64,000 nt of DNA, taken from an uncultured bacterium. GTDB taxonomy: Bacteria > Acidobacteriota > Thermoanaerobaculia > Multivoradales > JAHZIX01. Positions 50,296-57,980 of this stretch are shown here, in pieces. A program made the translations under genes and the position numbers. Location of the stretch: contig CBDUPA010000012.1 in the NCBI GenBank assembly GCA_965368975.1, positions 32,001-96,000 on the forward strand, given 5' to 3'. The notes beneath the pieces were generated by a model. The model was not told where the DNA came from. It was given only the letters and a program-made list of their open reading frames with translations, and searched no databases. Position 1 is the stretch's first letter. Each line of letters starts with the position of its first letter.

Positions 50296-52152
50296 CTAAG
50301 GGCGCGTGATCGCGCGCAGCAGCCAGGCACCGAGGACCAGGAAGAGGACGGCCGTCCCGGGCTCGGCCCACGCCGGGTCGACGCCGAGGTCGGGCAGGCG
50401 CGGTGCCAGCAGTGCCACGGCCGCCATCAGCAAGCCCAGGCACAGTACGGTGGTGAAGGTGTCGCTGCGCTGCTCGCCGCGGTCGGCGACGCGCAGGTCG
50501 AGGCGCAGGGGGTGGTCGGCTTCGCCGGACAGCAGGTGCAGCAGCCGGTCGAGCTTCTGGGGCATCTCGAGCAGGCCCGAGAGGTTGGCTTCCAGGGCCT
50601 GGCCGAAGACGGCGGGGCCGGCGAACTGGCGCAGTCGTCGTACGCCGGTGAGCCAGTGCAGGTCGTCGAGCGCGCGCCGCAGTGGGTCGCCCGTAGGGTC
50701 GAGATGGCGGCTGTCGGCCGCGCTCTCGAACAAGCCTGTGTAGAGACTGGCGAGGGCTGGTGACGGCTGCAGGCCGAGCTCGCGCAGCAGGCGCCAGTGC
50801 AGCACCAGCAACTCGGCCAGCGTGTCGCGCTTCTCGCTCCAGCCGCCGTCGCGGAAGGGGACGAGCTGGCGCAGGCGCTGGCGCACGCGACGCTCGTCGA
50901 TCTGAGCCTTGCCGCGCGTCGACCCGACGGCGGTCAACTCGCCGGCAATGGCGTCATAGGCCTCTTCCGGCAAGTGGTCGGCGAGCTGCTGCAGGTAGGC
51001 ACAGAGCCGTGGCAAGGCCGCTGTGCCGAGGTGGCAGCAGCGGCCGGCGAGCAGGGCGAGGCGGCCGTCGCGCAGCTCGGCCCACGCGGCGTCGAGGGGG
51101 GCATGACCGGTGACCAGGGCCTGCTGCAGCCAGGCCAGGTGCAGGCGGCGCGCCAGGTCCCGGGCCCGGGGCGAGCTGGCCCGTGATGAGCCAGCCCGTG
51201 ATGAGCCAGCCTGTGATGAGCTAGCCGCGGGCTCGTCCCCGTCGCTCGACGGCGGGCGCAGGTCGAAGTGGGCGACCGGCAGCGCACCCAGGATCAGCAG
51301 GCGCGGGGTGGCGAAGAGCACGCGCGGTACGGCCAGCAGATCCGCGTCCGCCAGTTCGGCGGCCAGCTGGCGCAAGCTGGCACCCTCGGTGCGCAGGTCG
51401 AGGTCTTGTTCGAGGCGCGCCTCGAAGTCGCGCAGCAGGCGTTGGAAGGTGTCCCTGGCTGGGTTTGTGGCCTGGAACACGCTCCACCCGTTCGTTCTGT
51501 CCGCGTCGGTGGGGTCGAGACGCCTGGCGAAGGCGGGCTGCAAGTACTGCAGCTGCGGCAGCTCGTGCTGCGCCGCCGCTGCCAGTCCCGGGCGGCGCAG
51601 CCGCAGCCAGACCTCGACCGCCGTAGCGTCTGTAGCGGTCGCGTCCGCGAGCACGACGCCCGGGTGGAGCCTGGCGCGGTAGTCGTCGCTGCTGCGGCCA
51701 CGGCGCACGGGCTCGGGGTCGAAGTCGGCGAACAGCTCGGCTGCCGGACGCTGCAGCTCGCGCGCGGCTCGTTGCACGGGGTCGCTGTTCGTCGGCGGGA
51801 TGGGTGTTGGTGGTAGGAGTGGCGGGGGCTCGCTCACCGGAACCCGTGCGGCGCGCAGTTGCAGCACGTCGTCGATCGGCAGCACGTCGGGACGCGACCC
51901 CAGGTAGTCGGTGAACAGTTGGAAGGTAGGGCCCAGGTCGCTGGCGGCGTCGATCAGGCGCTGCGCCCAGAGGCCGTCCGCGGCCTGGGAGTCGGTCGGG
52001 TTCGCGTCCGAGGAAGGTGTCGGGGCAGCCCCTCCGAACCAGCCCTGCTGCTCGAACCAGCTCGATCTTTCGAACAGGCCGTGCTGGGCCAGGCAGGCCT
52101 CGACGCGGTGACGAGCGTCGTCGCGGTGCACGCGGTGACCGGCGCGCCTCAC
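50296..52152 (-). CDS. Degenerate ABC1/UbiB-family pseudokinase with C-terminal transmembrane helices
   Basis: GTG in a GTGA overlap; RLIDAASDLGPTFQLFTDYLGSRPDVLP echoes the UbiB N-terminus; KxGQ, VAVK, HADxHxxN and DFG are not recognisable. Confidence 0.65.
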   Translation of the reverse strand: MRRAGHRVHRDDARHRVEACLAQHGLFERSSWFEQQGWFGGAAPTPSSDANPTDSQAADGLWAQRLIDAASDLGPTFQLFTDYLGSRPDVLPIDDVLQLRAARVPVSEPPPLLPPTPIPPTNSDPVQRAARELQRPAAELFADFDPEPVRRGRSSDDYRARLHPGVVLADATATDATAVEVWLRLRRPGLAAAAQHELPQLQYLQPAFARRLDPTDADRTNGWSVFQATNPARDTFQRLLRDFEARLEQDLDLRTEGASLRQLAAELADADLLAVPRVLFATPRLLILGALPVAHFDLRPPSSDGDEPAASSSQAGSSRAGSSRASSPRARDLARRLHLAWLQQALVTGHAPLDAAWAELRDGRLALLAGRCCHLGTAALPRLCAYLQQLADHLPEEAYDAIAGELTAVGSTRGKAQIDERRVRQRLRQLVPFRDGGWSEKRDTLAELLVLHWRLLRELGLQPSPALASLYTGLFESAADSRHLDPTGDPLRRALDDLHWLTGVRRLRQFAGPAVFGQALEANLSGLLEMPQKLDRLLHLLSGEADHPLRLDLRVADRGEQRSDTFTTVLCLGLLMAAVALLAPRLPDLGVDPAWAEPGTAVLFLVLGAWLLRAITRP

Positions 52153-53453
52153 GGTGCACCTCCGCCGACGGTTGCGTCTCGACCTGCTGGCGCGTCCCGA
52201 TCTGCTGGCGCGCCTCGATATGCTGGCGTGCCGCGCTCGCGGGCCGCTCGCGCCAGCTGGACCACCACCGCGCTGGCGCCCGGACCTCTGCCGCCGCTGG
52301 CGCCACCCTCGGCGTGGGCCAGCAGGGCACGCACCGGCTCGATCAGCCGGACGTGCCAGGGGCTCGAGGTGACCGCTGGATGGTCGAGGAAGGCGTCGAC
52401 CTCGGGGCCGGCGGGGGCCAGGCTGCGGCGCAGGAGCAGGGCCGAGGCCACACCCTCGACGAAGGCGGCGTCGACCGCTTCGGGGTCGTGGCGCACGAAA
52501 CGTTCGAGCACGAGAGGTCGCTCCAGGTTGACCAGGGTCGCGGCGTAGGCGATCCCGGCACTGCCGTTGTCGAGCGCCAGGCGATGCGGCGCTTCGTGCC
52601 GCAGGCGGCGCAGGGCGGCGTCGACAGTGCTGTAGCCCGGTAGCAGGTGCAGTGGCAGGAAGTAGAGCGCGCGCCCGACGCCGTGCCAGTAGACGACACT
52701 CACTGACGCTCTCGCGGCTGCCGGGTCCTGGCGCGCCAGCGCATCGCAAGCGCGGCCGAGGTCGGCGGTCAACTCGGGGAAGAAGCAGCGCACGGTGAGA
52801 CCGAGGGCCTCCACCGCCGCGTCCTCGTGCGCGGTCTCGGCGTTGGCCTGGCACAGCGCCAGGAAGTCCTGCAGCACGCGGCGCGCGCCGTCGTCGTCGC
52901 CCGGCTGGAGAGCGGTGCACAGGTGTTCGGCCAGTGCCATGCCCATGCCCAGGTGCGCCATGATCAGGGCGCCGTCGCTCAGCCGCAGGTCGTGCAGCAG
53001 ACCGCGCGGTGCGGGGTCGTGGGCCAGCACGGCGGCGGCGTGGCCGTGACCGAGACCCTCGAGCAGCCAGGGCGCGTGGCTCGAGTCCAGGCCGAGAGCG
53101 TGCTCGGCGGCGACTTCGAAGACCTCGCGGCGCGCGGCCCGTTCATGAGGGCCGAGGCTGCTGCTGGCGCGGCGCACCAGGGTGTAGACCTCGAGCTTGT
53201 CGAGCAGTTCCTGGCGCACGGCGGTGCCGTCGGCGCTGGGGGCCAGGGCGCTCAGGGCGGCGTGGGTGTCGCTGGCCAGGCGCTCGCCGAAGCGGCGCCA
53301 GGTCGTCGCGGACAGGTCGCCGGGCAGCAGGTCGAACCACTCGTTCTGGAAGTCGTCGCCGAGCCGGAAGAGGAGCTGCGGCAGCGGCGCCATGCGCCGG
53401 CGCGCGCGCAGGGAGAAGGCGTCGAGGGCGGCGGCGGCCGTGCGCAGGATCAC
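52149..53453 (-). CDS. Hypothetical helical protein, remote DUF1702-like, with partial module A at the N-terminus
   Basis: LEGLG, HLGMGMALA, YWHGVGRALYF, GIAYAATLVN. Confidence 0.72.
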   Translation of the reverse strand: MILRTAAAALDAFSLRARRRMAPLPQLLFRLGDDFQNEWFDLLPGDLSATTWRRFGERLASDTHAALSALAPSADGTAVRQELLDKLEVYTLVRRASSSLGPHERAARREVFEVAAEHALGLDSSHAPWLLEGLGHGHAAAVLAHDPAPRGLLHDLRLSDGALIMAHLGMGMALAEHLCTALQPGDDDGARRVLQDFLALCQANAETAHEDAAVEALGLTVRCFFPELTADLGRACDALARQDPAAARASVSVVYWHGVGRALYFLPLHLLPGYSTVDAALRRLRHEAPHRLALDNGSAGIAYAATLVNLERPLVLERFVRHDPEAVDAAFVEGVASALLLRRSLAPAGPEVDAFLDHPAVTSSPWHVRLIEPVRALLAHAEGGASGGRGPGASAVVVQLARAARERGTPAYRGAPADRDAPAGRDATVGGGAP

Positions 53454-55102
53454 GCCAGGCTCCGCAGGTTCGCCGCCAGGGCCAGGGCGGTGGCGGTGGT
53501 GAAGGTGAGGGCGGCGGTGAGCAGGTTGAGGCCGAGCGCCGGGTCGGGCAGGGAGGCGGCGACGGCGGCGCCACCGAGGGTGGCCAGCGCCAGCTGCACG
53601 GCGCGCGTGCGCCGCTGCTTGCCGGGCTGTGACCGCAGGTGGACGCGCACCGGCACGTCACCGGTGTTCAGGCGGTCGAGCAGGCGTGCTCCGCGCGCCG
53701 GGCCGTCGTGCAGCAGCTGCGCCGAGGCGGTGGTCCAGTCGAGCAGAGAATCGCTGCTCAGCAAGCGGCCTCGGTACTGCCAGCGCAGCAGACCGGCGCA
53801 GCGCTCGGCCAGGTAGGCGCTGAGGTCGAAGTCAGGCTCGAAGCGGGTGACCAGGCCGTCGATGGCGATCGAGGAGCGGATGTACTTGATGACGTTGCGC
53901 TCGGGCATGACGTTGGTGCGCCGGGACAGGTGCAGCATTTCGGTCATCACGCGCGTGAAGTTGGCCACCAGGCGTGGCCCGTCGGGGCCGTCGGCATACC
54001 AATCCGCCGACAGCGTGTCGAGGCCGGCCCGGAAGCCCTCGAGGTCGGACCCGTCGTCCCAGATGGTGACGCGCAGGAATTGCTCGTGGAACGTGTCCAT
54101 GTCGCCGCGGGCGAGCGCCAGTGTCATGCGCATCAGGTGGCGGCGGGCGTACTCGTTCATCACGCCGGTGATGCCGAAGTCGATGTAGCCGACCACGTTG
54201 CGGTCCAGAATCATCAAGTTGGCCGGGTGCAAGTCGGCGTGGTAGACGCCCAGCTCGAAAGCGTTGGCCAGGAAGTTGTCGATCACGTGGCTCGCCACCT
54301 GCCGGCGGTCGAACCCGCGGCTGGCCAGGCGGCGCGACAAGACCTCGTCGCCGTGCTCGCGGGCGCGCAGGTAGTCGAGCAGGGTGACGCCGTCCAGGAA
54401 CTCGACCACCAGCGTTCGGCGCGTGGTGTAGCGGTCGTAGACGCGCGGCACGTACTGGCCCGCGCGCCCCTGGATCCGCTGGCGCAGCGTCTCGGAGCAG
54501 CGCGCTTCGTGACGGTAGTCGAGCTCTTCACGCGTCCAGTCGACGAACTCGCGCAGCGGCTCGAGTAGCCAGTACAGCGGCGCCAGGCGCAGCCCACGGA
54601 TGGTGGCCATCAGCGCCAGCATCATGCGGATGTCGCTCTTGAATTCACTGTCGACGTTGGGCCGTTGCACCTTGACCGCGACCTTCTGCCCGTCGAGCCA
54701 GGCGACGTGGACCTGTCCCACCGAGGCGGTGGCCAGCGGTTCGCGCTCGATCGAGTCGAAAACCTCGTCGGGCGCGCGCCCGAGTTCTTCTTCGACGATG
54801 CGCTCGACGTCGTGCCAGCCGAACGGGTCGACCTGGTCGAGCAGCTTGAACAGGGCGTTGCAGTACGCTAGCGGCAGGATGTCCGGTTGCAGGGCCAGCA
54901 TCTGTCCCAGCTTCACGAAGGTACCGCCCAGGTCTTCGAGCGCCAGCCGCAGGCGCTCGGGACCCGGCAAGGACGGCCCCCAGCGGCGCGCCGCCCAGCT
55001 GGGTCCGCGTTGATGCAGCAGGTGCCCTAGGAGATGCGCCAGTCCATGGCGCAGGGCGATGCCGGCGACATGCACGAAGCGGCGCGGGGTGGTGGCACGC
55101 AT
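53450..55102 (-). CDS. ABC1/AarF/UbiB-family atypical kinase
   Basis: FVKLGQ, ATASVGQVH, VAVKVQRP, ELDY, HADLHPAN, IDFG; C-terminal TM helices. Confidence 0.93.
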   Translation of the reverse strand: MRATTPRRFVHVAGIALRHGLAHLLGHLLHQRGPSWAARRWGPSLPGPERLRLALEDLGGTFVKLGQMLALQPDILPLAYCNALFKLLDQVDPFGWHDVERIVEEELGRAPDEVFDSIEREPLATASVGQVHVAWLDGQKVAVKVQRPNVDSEFKSDIRMMLALMATIRGLRLAPLYWLLEPLREFVDWTREELDYRHEARCSETLRQRIQGRAGQYVPRVYDRYTTRRTLVVEFLDGVTLLDYLRAREHGDEVLSRRLASRGFDRRQVASHVIDNFLANAFELGVYHADLHPANLMILDRNVVGYIDFGITGVMNEYARRHLMRMTLALARGDMDTFHEQFLRVTIWDDGSDLEGFRAGLDTLSADWYADGPDGPRLVANFTRVMTEMLHLSRRTNVMPERNVIKYIRSSIAIDGLVTRFEPDFDLSAYLAERCAGLLRWQYRGRLLSSDSLLDWTTASAQLLHDGPARGARLLDRLNTGDVPVRVHLRSQPGKQRRTRAVQLALATLGGAAVAASLPDPALGLNLLTAALTFTTATALALAANLRSLA

Positions 55103-55106
55103 CGTC

Positions 55107-56789
55107 TCAGGCTCCAGCCTGGTCCAGAATGGAGCCGAAGAAGATCGACTTGCGGCGCTCCAGCATCTCGGCGATCGCGGCCTCCATGCGCTGGCGCACT
55201 TCCTGGCTCAGCTGGCGGACCAGCTCGGCGTCGTCGGCAGCGGCGGGGCCCTGCGCGTCGAAGTACTCGGCGACCGGCACGGGTTGCAGAAAGCGGGTGT
55301 GCCACTTGGAGGGCAGGGGCACGGTGCCCATGGTCGGGGTAATGGGCAGGTAGGGCCATTCGCTGAAGCGCTTGAACCAGCTCCAGTCGATGCGGCCGAA
55401 GATCGGGAAGATCTCGGCACTGCCGACGGTGACGAAGGGCACGATCGGTGCGCCGTGGCGTAGCGCCGCCTTGACGAATTCGTCGCGCCCGAAGCGCCCC
55501 AACTTGTAGGCGTCGCGGTAGGGCGTGAAGGCGCCGCGGATGCCCTCGGGAAAGATGGCGAGGAGACCGTCGTTTTCGAGGATGCGGGCGCTGTTGTCGC
55601 GGCAGGCGTGCAGGCCGCCGCAGCGCAGCATGTAGGGCGCCAGGAAGGGAAACTTGACCAGCGTCGGATGGATCAGGAAGCGAGGGTAGCGCTGCAGCTC
55701 GCGCACCAGCAGGTGCAGCATCATGACGCCGTCCCAGGGCTGGTGGCCGCGGTGGACGCCGGCGAGCACCGCGCGCCCGCTGCGCGGCACGTGCTCCAGG
55801 CCCGCGACCTCGATGCGCCACCAGGCGTCGTGCAGGAAGCGGAAGAGCGTCTTGCCCAGGCGGCCGATGTACGCCGGGTCCATGCCGAAGTCGTCGTACC
55901 GGTTGGGCAGCGGCGACGCCGCGGAATTCTGCTGTGGGTCGCCCCGCGGCCCGGCGAAGGTGCGGGCGACCTCGGCGCTGGAGATGGCCGGTTCGACGCC
56001 CAGCTCGCGCCGCAACGTCTCGCCGCCGGCGGTCCAGCTGTGGCGCAGGTAGTCGCTGGCGTCGGCGGAGCGCGGCTGCAGCGGCGACGGCAGGCGACGG
56101 CTACCGGCGTGCCGTAGCGCCTGGCGCAGCGGTACGGCGACCGGCGGCACGACGTGGTAGACACCGTTCTGCCCGCGCTGCACCCGGCGTTCGAGCAAGG
56201 CTTCGAGCGCGGCGGCCAGGTCGTCGAGACTGAGCAGTTGCACGGTCGGGTCGAATCCGACAGGCACGACAGCCCAGCGGCCGGGGTTTCGTCCGCTGAG
56301 CAGACGGGAGACGAGATCGTGGGCACCCGGCACCGGCGTGGGCGCCGGGCGCAGAATGGACAGGCGCGCGTCGGCGGCCGCGGCCAGTTCCGCGGCGCGC
56401 GCTTCCAAGGCCCGCCAGGCGTCGGCGATCGGATTGCGCTTGCGCGCCGCGCCGCGGTACTGCTCGCTCACCAGGCCCGCGTGGTGGTGGCTGGGAGCGT
56501 GGACGGCGGTGCTCGAGATCAGCACCAGGTGGCGCACCCCTGGTGGTAGTTCGTCGCTCGCCAGCGGTCCGCGCTGGCGCGCGGCGTCGAGCACGGCGGG
56601 GTCCCAGCACGGCGGCTGCGCCCACACGAGGGTGCTCGCCTCGGGGACCTCCTGTGTCGCTGCCGACTCGGGCGCAAACCACTGCCAGCTACCGCCCTGC
56701 CGCGCTTCCAGCGCTCGCTGCAGGTGGTCGCGCCAGGCACCACGAGGGGCGCTGATGGCGACCGACGGACCGGCTGTGCCTTGGCTCAT
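55107..56789 (-). CDS. Fusion of a degenerate extended-SDR/epimerase domain and a lysophospholipid acyltransferase
   Basis: LVLISSTAV, SILRP and QLLSLDD (SDR-like, no GxxGxxG seen); GLEHVP, HRGHQPWDG, IFPEG, APIVP (acyltransferase). Confidence 0.85.
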   Translation of the reverse strand: MSQGTAGPSVAISAPRGAWRDHLQRALEARQGGSWQWFAPESAATQEVPEASTLVWAQPPCWDPAVLDAARQRGPLASDELPPGVRHLVLISSTAVHAPSHHHAGLVSEQYRGAARKRNPIADAWRALEARAAELAAAADARLSILRPAPTPVPGAHDLVSRLLSGRNPGRWAVVPVGFDPTVQLLSLDDLAAALEALLERRVQRGQNGVYHVVPPVAVPLRQALRHAGSRRLPSPLQPRSADASDYLRHSWTAGGETLRRELGVEPAISSAEVARTFAGPRGDPQQNSAASPLPNRYDDFGMDPAYIGRLGKTLFRFLHDAWWRIEVAGLEHVPRSGRAVLAGVHRGHQPWDGVMMLHLLVRELQRYPRFLIHPTLVKFPFLAPYMLRCGGLHACRDNSARILENDGLLAIFPEGIRGAFTPYRDAYKLGRFGRDEFVKAALRHGAPIVPFVTVGSAEIFPIFGRIDWSWFKRFSEWPYLPITPTMGTVPLPSKWHTRFLQPVPVAEYFDAQGPAAADDAELVRQLSQEVRQRMEAAIAEMLERRKSIFFGSILDQAGA

Positions 56790-56840
56790 GCGTCGTCTTC
56801 CTCAACTCCCCGGAAGCTGGCCACAGTCTCCAGCTCGCCG

Positions 56841-57146
56841 CTAGGCGGCGCTCTCGGCGGCCATCGCGGGTGCAGCGGCCGTCGCAGGTTCAGCAGTGGA
56901 CGCCGTTCCCGCGTTCTTCAGAATCAGGTCGACGGCATCCTGGATCGTGCGCAACTGCTGCAGCCGTTCCTCCGGCAGCCCCAGCTGGAAGGCGTAGTCG
57001 ATGTCGATGCCGATCTCGAGCAGCGACAGGGAGTCGAGGTCGAGATCGTCGAGAAACGAATCCTGATCGCCGATGGTTTCGGGGTCGATGCTGGTGATGC
57101 TGGCAATGATCTCTTTGACCTTGCTCCGAACTTCAGTTACGTCCAT
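56841..57146 (-). CDS. Acyl carrier protein
   Basis: FLDDLDLDSLSLLE phosphopantetheine site; TIQDAVD; AGGAG RBS. Confidence 0.93.
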   Translation of the reverse strand: MDVTEVRSKVKEIIASITSIDPETIGDQDSFLDDLDLDSLSLLEIGIDIDYAFQLGLPEERLQQLRTIQDAVDLILKNAGTASTAEPATAAAPAMAAESAA

Positions 57147-57347
57147 AGCAATTCTCCTCAGCCGGTTCCCGGGCCACATGGCCCACAGCGGGCACTCCGC
57201 AGAAGTCTCTTGCAGAGAAGGTGCTGAATACTACCAATTGCTGAAGGTTTGTGGTAGTCGGTTGACGGGATGACGTCGGACCAGGCGTCAGCCAGCCGGT
57301 GGACGCCAACCAGGGGACACCCGCCGCGCGCGCCGCGCGCACTGTGA

Positions 57348-57659
57348 TCACAGCTGTCTCCGGTCGAGTTGCAGGGCCACGGCTACCACCCGCACGACCA
57401 GTTGCACCCGACTATTGACCGCTAGCTTGCGGTAGATGCGTTCGAGATAGGTGTGCACGGTGTGCGGCGAGATACCCAAGTGCTGCGCGATGGTGATCTC
57501 CTTGCCATCGTCGAAGACGCCGCGCACAATCTGGAGCTCCCGCGGCGACAGCGCCAAGATCTCGGCCAACTCGTTCCACTGCGCGATGGAAAAGATCTCG
57601 TGACCCTCTGGCTCCCAAGGCTGCGATGGGTCAGGTAGGACCCTCTGTGCCTTGGCCAT
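57348..57659 (-). CDS. Stand-alone LuxR-type HTH regulator
   Basis: LSPRELQI...IAQHLGISPHTVHTYLERIYRKLAVNSR; GGAGGGAG RBS. Confidence 0.9.
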   Translation of the reverse strand: MAKAQRVLPDPSQPWEPEGHEIFSIAQWNELAEILALSPRELQIVRGVFDDGKEITIAQHLGISPHTVHTYLERIYRKLAVNSRVQLVVRVVAVALQLDRRQL

Positions 57660-57980
57660 GTCTCCCTCCTCTCGATGCTGCCGACTTAGTTGAGACCAGG
57701 ACCTGCCAAGGAAATAAATATCAGTCTTTCTTTAATCTTATAGCAAGACGGATCTCTGTCGAAGTCCCCCGGCCAGACGTCGGCTCTCCAGGGGGCATTT
57801 GCATGTGGTCGCATCTACTAGATCCGAGCCCACACTGCGGTGCCGGGGGCTGCGCCCTCCGGCCCGGTCCCTCGGCGGATCGAGCGTCGCCCCCAGCGAA
57901 CTGTGTGGACCACATCCCAGACCGTCTCCGCTACAATCCCCTCGACCCTTCGCCACTTTTCGCAACCGGGGGATTGCTGC

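Noticed and set aside
57210-57227. sigma54-like site upstream of the ACP operon (minus strand CAGCAC-CTTCT-CTGCA)
   Set aside because: Lacks the invariant GG at -24.
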